Assembly (NCBI GenBank): GCA_964291285.2
Contig: OZ219787.1
Coordinates: 768,001-832,000, forward strand
Source: Alphaproteobacteria bacterium
Lineage (GTDB): Bacteria > Pseudomonadota > Alphaproteobacteria > Bin95
DNA length: 64,000 bases
Direction of reading: 5' to 3'
Positions 18,231 through 26,928 of this stretch are shown here, in pieces. The notes beneath the pieces were generated by a model. It was not told the DNA's origin and did no database searches. It saw only the letters and a list, made by a program, of their open reading frames with translations. Numbering within the stretch: position 1 is the first letter of the stretch; each line of letters starts with the position of its first letter. The translations under genes and the position numbers were made by a program.

Positions 18231-18454
18231 CGGCCCACCGCGCTGCCGCCGCGGCCTGGGCGATCTCCTTGCGCCGTTCGGGCGTCATCGCGCGCGCGGG
18301 CTTTTCCTCCGGCGCGGCCGCCCTTGGCCTTGTTCGGCTGCCGGGGCTGCTCCTCAAGGGTTTCCTCGATGTCGCCGACTGCGATCTTGCAGACATGCAC
18401 GGCATTGCTGATCACGTCAGCCGGGCGCTTCTGCCCCTGCGGTCCTGTGGGCAT
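18217..18454 (-). pseudogene. small basic IS-companion protein, frameshifted in a (CG)n run
   Basis: MPTGPQGQKRPADV..GGRAGGKARA continues in another frame as MTPERRKEIAQAAAAARW; AAGGAGG RBS. Confidence 0.7.
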
Positions 18455-18549
18455 CGTCGTTCCTCCTTGCCAGACGCGGCGGGCGCAAACAATCAGGGCT
18501 GGCCCCCCGCCTTCGCGGGGGTGACGGTGGTGTGGCGGGGGCGGCGCGC

Positions 18550-18578
18550 TTGACCGGCGGGGGGCGCGGGCGCAGGAT
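18550..18578 (+). promoter_or_regulatory. putative sigma70 promoter repeated before each coiled-coil gene
   Basis: TTGACC-17 bp-CAGGAT; further copies at 18896, 20302, 20723. Confidence 0.5.
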
Positions 18579-18617
18579 GGCGGCCGTGAGCGCGCGCGAA
18601 GCGGAGAAGCCGCCGGC

Positions 18618-18863
18618 ATGTCCCCCGAACTCATCGCAATCCTCGGCGTCGGCATAGCCCTGGCCGGCATGATCTGGCAGGGCCAGCGCAGCCTGCGCAC
18701 CGACCTCGGCGCGCGCATGGACCGCATCGAGGCGCGCATGGACGGCATCGAGGGCCAGCTGCGCGAAATCCGCGACCGGCTCGCCCGCCTCGAAGGCAAG
18801 GTGGACTTCCTGGAAGCCTGGATATCGGGCCGCAACGAACGCCCCGCCCCCGCCGCCGAATAG
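18618..18863 (+). CDS. membrane-anchored coiled-coil protein, copy A (81 aa)
   Basis: MSPELIAILGVGIALAG anchor plus heptads RMDRIEA/RMDGIEG, ends RLARLEGKVDFLEA. Confidence 0.8.
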   Translation: MSPELIAILGVGIALAGMIWQGQRSLRTDLGARMDRIEARMDGIEGQLREIRDRLARLEGKVDFLEAWISGRNERPAPAAE

Positions 18864-18963
18864 GCCGGCCGCATCCGCCGGGGTGGGGCGCGCGCTTGAC
18901 CGGCGGAGAGCGCGGGCGCAGGATGGCCGCCGTGAGCGCGCGCGAAGCGGAGAAGCCGCCGGC

Positions 18964-19317
18964 ATGTCCCCCGAACTCATCGCAATCCTCGGCGTCGGCA
19001 TAGCCCTGGCCGGCATCCTCCTGAAAGGCCAGCACGGCCTCGGCGCGCGCATCGACGAGACCAACAAGCGCATCGACGAGACCAACAGGAACCTCGGCGC
19101 GCGCATCGAGGAGGTGAACAGGAACCTCGGCGCGCGCATCGAGGAGGTGAACAGGAACCTCGGCGCGCGCATGGACCGCATCGAGGCGCGCATGGACGGC
19201 ATCGAGGGCGAACTGCGCGAAATCCGCGACCGCCTCGCCCGCCTCGAAGGCAAGGTGGACTTCCTGGAAGCCTACATATCGGGCCGCAACGAACGCCCCG
19301 CCCCCGCCGCCGAATAG
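18964..19317 (+). CDS. membrane-anchored coiled-coil protein, copy B (117 aa)
   Basis: Same start and RBS context; extra 7- and 11-aa repeats. Confidence 0.8.
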   Translation: MSPELIAILGVGIALAGILLKGQHGLGARIDETNKRIDETNRNLGARIEEVNRNLGARIEEVNRNLGARMDRIEARMDGIEGELREIRDRLARLEGKVDFLEAYISGRNERPAPAAE

Positions 19318-19574
19318 GCCGGCCGCATCCGCCGCGAAGGCGGACGGCGCCGCCCCCACCCGCCTGCCCCCGCGAAGGCGGGGGTCGCCCCGGACCCCGA
19401 TCCGGGGCCCATGTCGTCATCCCGGCCTCCGAGCCGGGACCCGGACCCTCCCGACAGCCCCGGCGGCCCGCCCTGCCTCCACCGGCTGCGGCGGACGCAA
19501 ACAATCAGGGATGGCCCCCCGCCTTCGCGGGGGTGACGGTGGTGTGGCGGGGGTGACGGTTGCGGGCCGCAGGC

Positions 19575-19603
19575 TTGCGCGCGCCGGGGCGCCGGGGTAG
19601 GGT
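19575..19603 (+). promoter_or_regulatory. putative hicBA promoter
   Basis: TTGCGC-17 bp-TAGGGT. Confidence 0.4.
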
Positions 19604-19655
19604 CCGGCCGCGCCGGCAAGGGTCCGCCGGAGGAAGGCAAACCGGGAGGTGCGGC

Positions 19656-19877
19656 ATGACAAGGCGGCTGACCGCGATCGTCGAACGCGAGGGCGACGGC
19701 TATGTCGCGCTCTGCCCGGAAGTGGATGTCGCGAGCCAGGGCGGCAGCGTGGCCGAGGCGCGCGACAATCTCGCCGAGGCGCTGGCGCTGTTCTTCGAGA
19801 CCGCAAGCGCCGGGGAGATCGACCGGCGCCTCAGCGGCGAGGTCTACGTCACCCAGGTCGAGGTCGCGGCTGGCTAG
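19656..19877 (+). CDS. hicB: HicB-family antitoxin (short, no DNA-binding domain)
   Basis: AIVEREGDGYVALCPEVDVASQGGSVAEARDNLAEAL; GGAGG RBS. Confidence 0.88.
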   Translation: MTRRLTAIVEREGDGYVALCPEVDVASQGGSVAEARDNLAEALALFFETASAGEIDRRLSGEVYVTQVEVAAG

Positions 19878-20088
19878 GCTGCGCGTCCTGTCCGGCCGGG
19901 AGGTCCGCCGGATTCTGGAGGCGCACGGTTTCGCGGAAGTCCGCAGGCGCGGCAGCCATGCGGTCATGCAGAAGGCCGGCCCGGACGGCACGGCGACCGT
20001 GCCGGTTCCCGACCATGACGAATTGCGCGCCGGCACGCTGCGGTCGATTATCCGCCAGTCCGGCCTGCCCCGTTCCGAATTCGAGTAG
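19870..20088 (+). CDS. hicA: HicA-family mRNA interferase toxin (CTG start)
   Basis: LSGREV.RIL..HGF..VR.RGSH..VPVPDH.EL..GTLRSIIRQ. Confidence 0.88.
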   Translation: MARLRVLSGREVRRILEAHGFAEVRRRGSHAVMQKAGPDGTATVPVPDHDELRAGTLRSIIRQSGLPRSEFE

Positions 20089-20369
20089 CGCCCGCGCCGG
20101 CGGGCGCGTATCGAAGGACGGCGGCGCCCCCACCCGTCGCCCCGGACCCCGATCCGGGGCCCATCCCGGACCCTCCCGGCAGCCCCGGCGGCCCGCCCTG
20201 CCTCCACTGGCTGCGGCGGACGCAAACAATCAGGGATGGCCCCCCGCCTTCGCGGGAGTGACGGTGGTGTGGCGGGGGTGACGGTTGCGGGGGCGGCGCG
20301 CTTGACCGGCGGGGGGCGCGGGCGCAGGATGGCCGCCGTGAGCGCGCGCGAAGCGGAGAAGCCGCCGGC

Positions 20370-20690
20370 ATGTCCCCCGAACTCATCGCAATCCTCGGCG
20401 TCGGCATAGCCTTGGCCGGCATCCTCCTGAAAGGCCAGCACGGCCTCGGCGCGCGCATCGACGAGACCAACAAGCGCATCGACGAGACCAACAGGAACCT
20501 CGGCGCGCGCATCGAGGAGGTGAGCAGGAACCTCGGCGCGCGCATGGACCGCATCGAGGCGCGCATGGACGGCATCGAGGGCCAGCTGCGCGAACTCGGC
20601 GAACGCCTCGCCCGCCTCGAAGGCAAGGTGGACTTCCTGGAAGCCTACATATCCGGCCGCAACGAACGCCCCGCCCCCGCCGCCGAATAG
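20370..20690 (+). CDS. membrane-anchored coiled-coil protein, copy C (106 aa)
   Basis: Paralog of copies A and B. Confidence 0.8.
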   Translation: MSPELIAILGVGIALAGILLKGQHGLGARIDETNKRIDETNRNLGARIEEVSRNLGARMDRIEARMDGIEGQLRELGERLARLEGKVDFLEAYISGRNERPAPAAE

Positions 20691-20790
20691 GCCGGCCGCA
20701 TCCGCCGGGGTGGGGCGCGCGCTTGACCGGCGGGGGGCGCGGGCGCAGGATGGCGGCCGTGAGCGCGCGCGAAGCGGAGAAGCCGCCGGC

Positions 20791-21090
20791 ATGTCCCCCG
20801 AACTCATCGCAATCCTCGGCGTCGGCATCGCCCTGGCCGGCATGATCTGGCAGGGCCAGCGCAGCCTGCGCACCGACCTCGGCGCGCGCATCGAGGAGGT
20901 GAACAGGAACCTCGGCGCGCGCATGGACCGCATCGAGGCGCGCATGGACCGGATCGAGGCGCGCATGGACGGCATCGAGGGCCAGCTGCGCGAACTCGGC
21001 GAACGCCTCGCCCGCCTCGAAGGCAAGGTGGACTTCCTGGAAGCCTACATATCGGGCCGCAACGAACGCCCCGCCCCCGCCGCCGAATAG
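20791..21090 (+). CDS. membrane-anchored coiled-coil protein, copy D (99 aa)
   Basis: Paralog of copies A-C. Confidence 0.8.
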   Translation: MSPELIAILGVGIALAGMIWQGQRSLRTDLGARIEEVNRNLGARMDRIEARMDRIEARMDGIEGQLRELGERLARLEGKVDFLEAYISGRNERPAPAAE

Positions 21091-21245
21091 CGCCCGGCAG
21101 CCCCCGTTCGGCCGGCCCGGGCGGTCCGGCCCTGCCTCGACCGGCTGAGCCGGGCGGTTTGCAAGCGGGCCGCTTGCGCTATCCTTGGGCCGGCGTCATG
21201 CGGCTTCGGCGGCATCGGAACGGAATCTAGCGAAAGCCTGTCGTT

Positions 21246-23327
21246 ATGAGTGAGAAGGCCCGCTGCAGGGTGGGGATCGATGTGGGCGGCACCTTCACGG
21301 ATGTCGTGCTGGAAGCCGGCGGGGCGCGGACCTCGGCCAAGGTGCTGACCACGCCGCAGGCCCCCGAGAAGGGCGTGATCGACGGCCTCAGGGAAGCGCT
21401 GCGGAAAGCCGGGCTGGCGCCGGGCGATGTCGGGCTCGTCCTGCACGGCACGACGCTCGCCACCAACGCGGTGCTGGAGCGGCGCGGCGCCAGGACCGCC
21501 TTCATCACCACCGAAGGGTTCCGCGACATCCTCGAGGTCGGCTACGAGACCCGCTACGACCAGTACGACCTGATGATCGAGAAGGTGACGCCGATCGTGC
21601 CGCGCCGGCTGCGCTTCACCGTGCCGGAGCGCGTCGATGCGCGCGGGCGCATACTGGAAGCCCTCGACGAAGGGGCGGTCCACGCGCTCGTGCCGAAACT
21701 CTCCGCCGCCGGGATCGAGAGCGTCGCCGTCGGGTTCTTCCATGCCTACGCCAACCCGGTCCACGAACGGCGGGTCGAGGCGATCCTCGGCGAAGCCCTG
21801 CCGGCGCTCTCGGTGACGCTCGCCTCGGAGGTATGTCCGGAGGTCCGGGAATATGAGCGCTTCACCACGGCCAGCGTGAACGCCTATGTCCGCCCGCTGA
21901 TGGAAGGCTATGTCGCGCGCCTCGACGGAATGCTGGCGGAGATCGGCATCGGCTGCCCGCTGCTGCTGATGACGTCCGGCGGCGGGCTCACGACCGTCGA
22001 GACGGCAAGGCGCCAGCCCGTCCGGCTGGTCGAGTCCGGCCCTGCCGGCGGCGTGCTGCTGGCCCGCGACATCGCCGCGCGCGCCGGTCTCGACAAGGTG
22101 ATGTCCTTCGACATGGGCGGCACGACGGCCAAGATCTGCTTCATCGAGAATCTCGAACCCCGGCGCGCGCGGGAGTTCGAGATCGACCGCCAGGCGCGCT
22201 TCATGAAGGGCAGCGGCCTGCCGCTCCGCATCCCGGTGATCGAGATGGTGGAGATCGGCGCGGGCGGCGGCTCCATCGCGCGCGTGGACCGGCTGGGGCG
22301 GATCGCCGTCGGACCGGAAAGCGCGGGCGCGGAACCCGGACCGGCAGGCTACGGCCGCGGCGGCGCTGACGCGACGGTCACGGACGCCGACATCGTTCTC
22401 GGACGCATCGACCCGGCGGGCTTCGCCGGCGGGCGCATCGAGCTCCGCCCCGGGCTTTCGGCCGAGGCGGTCGGCAAGAGCGTGGGGGGGCCGCTGGAGC
22501 TCGGGCCTTCGCAGGCGGCGCAGGGGGTGGTCGAAATCGTCGATGAGAACATGTCGAACGCGGCGCGGGTGCTGGCCGTCGAGGAAGGCAAGGTCGCCTC
22601 GGAGCAGACCGTCATCGCCTTCGGCGGGGCCGCGCCCCTCCATGCCTGCCGGATCGCGGAAAAGCTCGGGATCGACAGGATCGTCGTGCCGGTCGATGCC
22701 GGCGTCGGCTCGGCCGTCGGGTTCCTGCGGGCGCCGGTCGCCTACGAGGTGGTGCGCAGCCTCAACATGCGCCTCTCGGCCCTCGACGCGGCGGCCGTGA
22801 ACGAGCTCATGGCCGACATGCGCCGCGAGGCCCGCACGGTCGTGGAGTCCGGAGCGTTCGGCGCGGCGCTCACCGAACGCCGGGTCGCCTATATGCGCTA
22901 TCTCGGGCAGGGGCACGAGATCGCCGTGCCGGTGGAGGCCGGGCGTCTGGGCCCGGACGACGGGCGCGCGTTGCAGGCGGCCTACGACCGGGAGTACGAA
23001 CTGCTGTTCAAGCGGACCATACCCGACGCCGATGTCGAGGTGCTGTCCTGGGGCCTGACCGTTTCGACGGTGGAGACCATGCCGGCAGCCGAAAGCGGGG
23101 CGCGAATGTCGGCTTCGCCGGAGCCGGCGGGCTGGCGGGACATTCACGACACGGAAGGCGGCGGGGCAGCGAAGGTGCCGCTCTACCGGCGGGCCGACCT
23201 GGCTGCGGGAGACGGGCTGGACGGCCCGGCGCTGATCGTCGAAGAGCAGACTTCGACCTTCGTTTCCCGCGCGTTCCGGGCCATGCTGGCGCCGGGAGGC
23301 AATATCGTGCTGGAAAGACGGGCTTGA
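21246..23327 (+). CDS. hydantoinase/oxoprolinase family subunit A
   Basis: GIDVGGTFTD, HGTTLATN, ESGPAGG, DMGGTT. Confidence 0.92.
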   Translation: MSEKARCRVGIDVGGTFTDVVLEAGGARTSAKVLTTPQAPEKGVIDGLREALRKAGLAPGDVGLVLHGTTLATNAVLERRGARTAFITTEGFRDILEVGYETRYDQYDLMIEKVTPIVPRRLRFTVPERVDARGRILEALDEGAVHALVPKLSAAGIESVAVGFFHAYANPVHERRVEAILGEALPALSVTLASEVCPEVREYERFTTASVNAYVRPLMEGYVARLDGMLAEIGIGCPLLLMTSGGGLTTVETARRQPVRLVESGPAGGVLLARDIAARAGLDKVMSFDMGGTTAKICFIENLEPRRAREFEIDRQARFMKGSGLPLRIPVIEMVEIGAGGGSIARVDRLGRIAVGPESAGAEPGPAGYGRGGADATVTDADIVLGRIDPAGFAGGRIELRPGLSAEAVGKSVGGPLELGPSQAAQGVVEIVDENMSNAARVLAVEEGKVASEQTVIAFGGAAPLHACRIAEKLGIDRIVVPVDAGVGSAVGFLRAPVAYEVVRSLNMRLSALDAAAVNELMADMRREARTVVESGAFGAALTERRVAYMRYLGQGHEIAVPVEAGRLGPDDGRALQAAYDREYELLFKRTIPDADVEVLSWGLTVSTVETMPAAESGARMSASPEPAGWRDIHDTEGGGAAKVPLYRRADLAAGDGLDGPALIVEEQTSTFVSRAFRAMLAPGGNIVLERRA

Positions 23328-23339
23328 GGGGGCCGGACG

Positions 23340-25004
23340 ATGGCAAGCAAAGACGGACTCGATGTCATCACCAGGCAGGTGATGTGGAACCGCCTGATCT
23401 CGGTCGTCGAAGAGCAGGCGCAGACGCTGCTGAGGACCGCGTTCAGCCCCATCGTGCGCGAATGCGGCGACCTGTCGGCCGGCGTGTTCGACCTGAAGGG
23501 CCGGATGCTCGCCCAGGCGGTGACGGGCACGCCGGGCCACGTCAATTCCATGGCCGAGTCCGTGCAGCACTTCATCCGCCATTTCCCGATTGCGGAGATG
23601 AACGAGGGCGACATCTACATCACCAACGACCCCTGGATGGGCACGGGGCACCTCAACGATTTCGTGCTGACCACGCCCTGTTTCCGCCGGGGCCGGATCG
23701 TCGGCATGTTCTCCTGCACCTCGCACCTGACGGACATCGGCGGCATCGGCACCGGCCCGGACGCGACGGACGTGCATATGGAAGGCCTCTACATCCCGAT
23801 GCTCAAGCTCGCCGACCGGGGCAAGATCGACGACACGCTCATGGCGTTCGTCCGGCGCAACACCCGCGAGCCGGTGGAGTGCGAGGGCGACGTCTATTCG
23901 CTCGCCGCCTGCAACGAGGTCGGCTGCGTGCGCCTTGTCGAGATGATGGACGAGTTCGGGCTGGAGGACCTGGACGGGCTCGGCGAATACATCGTGTCGA
24001 GCTCCCGCCGCGCGGTGCTGGCGGAAGTCGCCGAACTGCCGAGGGGCAGATACCGCAACACGATGACGGTGGACGGCTACGACCGGCCGATAGACCTGGT
24101 CGCGACGCTGGAGATCGGCGACGAGGGCATCCATGTCGATTACGAAGGCACCTCGCCCATGTCGCGCTACGGCGTCAATGTGCCGAGCGCCTACACCACC
24201 GCCTACACCAGCTTCGGGCTCGGCTGCGCCATCGCGCCGGGCGTGCCGAACAATGCGGGTTCGCTCTCCGCCTTCCGGGTGACGGCGCCGGAGCGCTCGA
24301 TCCTCAATGCGCCCTATCCGGCAGCCGTCTGCGCCCGGCACCTCATCGGCCAGCTCCTGCCCGACGTGGTGTTCGGCTGCCTGGAGAAGGTCGTGCCCGA
24401 GCGCGTGCCGGCGGAAGGCGCCTCTTCGCTCTGGAACCTCACCTTCCGGGGCGAGGCCGAACGCGGCTCGAACGAGCGCAGCCTGTTCGCCTTCACCGCC
24501 GTCACCAACGGCGGCACCGGCGCGCGCGGCGTGAAGGACGGCCTGAACGGCACCGCCTATCCGAGCGGGGTCAAGGGCACCCCGGTCGAGATCGTCGAGA
24601 CGATGACGCCGGTGCTGTTCCGCCGCAAGGAGCTGCGCACCGACTCCGCCGGCGCCGGGAACTGGCGCGGCGGGGCCGGGCAGACCATCGAGGTCGAGTC
24701 GGCCAATGGCAGGGACATGGAGCTTCTGGCGGCCTTCGAGCGCATCGAGAACCCGGCGCGGGGGCGGGCCGGCGGCGGCGGCGGCGAGCCCGGCGCGGTC
24801 TTCCTGGCTTCCGGGACGCGGCTGAGGGGCAAGGGCACGCAGACGATCCCCGCCGGCGAGCGGCTGGTGGTCCACACGCCCGGCGGCGGCGGCCACGGCC
24901 CCTCCGGGGAGCGCGCGCGCGAGGCCGTGGCGGCGGACATCGAGGACGGCATCCTCAGCGAGGCGGCGGCCCGCAGGGACTATGGCTGGAAAGGGGCCGC
25001 CTGA
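23340..25004 (+). CDS. hydantoinase B/oxoprolinase family subunit
   Basis: RTAFSPIVRE..DLS, TNDPW..GHLND, HLTDIGG, TPGGGG. Confidence 0.92.
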   Translation: MASKDGLDVITRQVMWNRLISVVEEQAQTLLRTAFSPIVRECGDLSAGVFDLKGRMLAQAVTGTPGHVNSMAESVQHFIRHFPIAEMNEGDIYITNDPWMGTGHLNDFVLTTPCFRRGRIVGMFSCTSHLTDIGGIGTGPDATDVHMEGLYIPMLKLADRGKIDDTLMAFVRRNTREPVECEGDVYSLAACNEVGCVRLVEMMDEFGLEDLDGLGEYIVSSSRRAVLAEVAELPRGRYRNTMTVDGYDRPIDLVATLEIGDEGIHVDYEGTSPMSRYGVNVPSAYTTAYTSFGLGCAIAPGVPNNAGSLSAFRVTAPERSILNAPYPAAVCARHLIGQLLPDVVFGCLEKVVPERVPAEGASSLWNLTFRGEAERGSNERSLFAFTAVTNGGTGARGVKDGLNGTAYPSGVKGTPVEIVETMTPVLFRRKELRTDSAGAGNWRGGAGQTIEVESANGRDMELLAAFERIENPARGRAGGGGGEPGAVFLASGTRLRGKGTQTIPAGERLVVHTPGGGGHGPSGERAREAVAADIEDGILSEAAARRDYGWKGAA

Positions 25005-25022
25005 AGCCCGGAGACCGGCGGT

Positions 25023-26327
25023 TCAGCCCTTCAGCTGGATGTTGTCGGGCAGGAACATGACGATCTCGGGGAAGACCGTGATCAGCAGCGCCATGCCCGC
25101 CATGATGAAGAAGAAGGGCAGCGTCGCGATGGCGATGCGGCCGATCTTCTCGCCGGTCATGCCCTGAATGACGAACAGGTTGAAGCCGACCGGCGGCGTG
25201 ATCTGCGCCATCTCGACAACGATCACCAGGAAGATCCCGAACCACACCTTGTCGAAGCCCGCCTGCGTCACCAGCGCAAGGGTGATCGGCAAGGTCATGA
25301 CGATGCTGGACATGCCCTCCAGCACGCAGCCCAGGATGGCGTAGAACACCAGCAGCAGCAGGATGAGCCCGAAGGGCGAAAGGCCGAGCCCGGCGATCTC
25401 GCCGGCGATGATGCGCGGCACGCCCAGATAGCCGATGGCGATGGACAGGAAATAGGCGCCGGCGACGATCAGCCCGATCATCGAGATGGTGCGGACGGCG
25501 CCGAAACAGGCCTGGCGCAGATTGCCGAAGGTGAGCGTGCCCTGCATGGCGCTGACGATGAGCGCGCCGACAACGCCGACGGCCGCGGCTTCCGACGGGC
25601 TGGCGTAGCCGCCGTACATCGAGCCCAGGACGAGGAAGATCAGGAAGACGACCGGACCGAGATGCCGAAGGCCGGCCAGCCGCTCGGCCATCGGGACATG
25701 GAGTTCCTCGTTCGAGACCATGGAAGGCCGGGTGAGGGTCCTGACCGCGATGTAGAGCATGTAGCCGAGCGCGAGCAGCAGCCCTGGAACGACGCCCGCG
25801 ATGAAGAGCTTGAGGATCGAGGTCTCGGCCAGCACGCCGTAAACGATCAGAACCAGGCTCGGCGGGATCAGCAGGCCGAGCGTACCGGCGCCCGCGAGCG
25901 AGCCCATCGCAAGGTCCTTGTCGTAGCCCCGCCGGAACAGTTCGGTGAGGGTGATGCGCCCGACCGTGGCCGTGGTGGCGGCCGACGAGCCCGAAATCGC
26001 GGCGAACAGCGTGCAGCCGAGCACGTTGACATGCAGCAGGCGTCCGGGAAGCCGGGTCGTCCAGGGCGTGATCCCGGCGAACAGCGTTTCCGAAAGCTTG
26101 GTGCGGAACAGGATTTCCGCCATCAGGATGAACATCGGCAGCGCCAGCAGTTCCGGCGTCGTCGTGACGTTCCAGATCATCTGGGCGAGCAGCTTTTCCA
26201 CCGGCATGGACCGGAAGACGCCGAGCGAGATAAGCCCGACGGATATGAGCGACACGGCCACCCAGACGCCCGCGGCAAGCGTGATCGCAAGAAGGCCGAG
26301 GACCGTGAAGACGATGGCGGTGGTCAT
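25023..26327 (-). CDS. dctM: TRAP transporter large permease
   Basis: LLALPMFILM, GSSAAT, GTLGLLIPPS, ITPPVGFNLF. Confidence 0.93.
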   Translation of the reverse strand: MTTAIVFTVLGLLAITLAAGVWVAVSLISVGLISLGVFRSMPVEKLLAQMIWNVTTTPELLALPMFILMAEILFRTKLSETLFAGITPWTTRLPGRLLHVNVLGCTLFAAISGSSAATTATVGRITLTELFRRGYDKDLAMGSLAGAGTLGLLIPPSLVLIVYGVLAETSILKLFIAGVVPGLLLALGYMLYIAVRTLTRPSMVSNEELHVPMAERLAGLRHLGPVVFLIFLVLGSMYGGYASPSEAAAVGVVGALIVSAMQGTLTFGNLRQACFGAVRTISMIGLIVAGAYFLSIAIGYLGVPRIIAGEIAGLGLSPFGLILLLLVFYAILGCVLEGMSSIVMTLPITLALVTQAGFDKVWFGIFLVIVVEMAQITPPVGFNLFVIQGMTGEKIGRIAIATLPFFFIMAGMALLITVFPEIVMFLPDNIQLKG

Positions 26328-26342
26328 GGAGGCTCCGGCCTT

Positions 26343-26867
26343 CTACTCGACGCTGTAGGAGCGCATGGCTTCCTGGTCGTCCGGCGGATCGTCGATAACC
26401 AGCCGGATCAGGCGGACGATCATCTGGAGGGCCAGAAGCGTGGCGCCGATCGCGAGGCCGGAGGTCGGATAGATCAGGGGCACCGCAACCACGGTGAACG
26501 AGGTGCTGCCGGCGACGAACGTCTGCCAGGCGAAGAGGATCAGCGAATAGGCCAGGTAACAGGTGATGGCGACGCCGAAGATCGTGGCGAGGAACTCCGA
26601 GATCCGGGCCACGTGGGGGTTCCGGCTGGTAATGAGGAACGCGACGCGGACCTGGCCGCCGGTTCGCAGCGTGAAGGCGGCGCCGAGGAAGATCGCGGTG
26701 CCGAGAAAGTAGGAGCTGTATTCCCAGGCGAAGCTGAGCGAGATGTTGAAGACCGTGCGGCAGACGACTTCCGCGATGATCAGGATCACGATGCCGACCA
26801 CGAGCAGCACGGCGATGACGCCGGCGGCCTGAGACACCCTGTCCACGGCGGTCAGCGCTGCCCGCAC
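26343..26867 (-). CDS. dctQ: TRAP transporter small permease
   Basis: Four TM segments, between dctP and dctM. Confidence 0.88.
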   Translation of the reverse strand: MRAALTAVDRVSQAAGVIAVLLVVGIVILIIAEVVCRTVFNISLSFAWEYSSYFLGTAIFLGAAFTLRTGGQVRVAFLITSRNPHVARISEFLATIFGVAITCYLAYSLILFAWQTFVAGSTSFTVVAVPLIYPTSGLAIGATLLALQMIVRLIRLVIDDPPDDQEAMRSYSVE

Positions 26868-26928
26868 CGTCCCCTCCCCGCGAACGGCTCCCCGGCTTGT
26901 CCGGGGAGCCGCGCCGCCTGCCGGTCGT

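Larger units (their letters stand above)
15416..18475 (-). mobile_element. IS1-family transposon with passenger genes; only one terminus recognisable
   Basis: GGTAGTGTCTCACTTTGA at 15416 resembles the ends of single-ORF IS1-type elements. Strand and composition switch here. Contains a transposase, MTase-HNH and the small basic companion gene. The 18475 boundary is inferred from the start of the repeat array. Confidence 0.6.
18476..21090 (+). repeat. tandem array of gene-plus-promoter units with REP-like palindromes
   Basis: Four near-identical genes with the same ~75-bp upstream block; CCCCCGCCTTCGCGGG(G/A)GTGACG at 18504, 19516, 20241, inverted at 19367. Confidence 0.9.

Noticed and set aside
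18476-21090. CRISPR array or classical integron
   Set aside because: Repeats are coding or long and irregular, with no unique equal-length spacers. No cas or intI gene, and no GTTRRRY/RYYYAAC attC cores were seen.
18618-21090. Diversity-generating retroelement TR/VR pair
   Set aside because: No reverse transcriptase in the window; differences are block swaps and repeat-number changes, not adenine-specific substitutions.
21045-24896. 1283-aa minus-strand ORF and similar long antisense ORFs (9268..11208, 45797..49117, 49012..51444, 57910..59961)
   Set aside because: Shadow frames opposite well-supported genes in high-GC DNA; no recognisable motifs.
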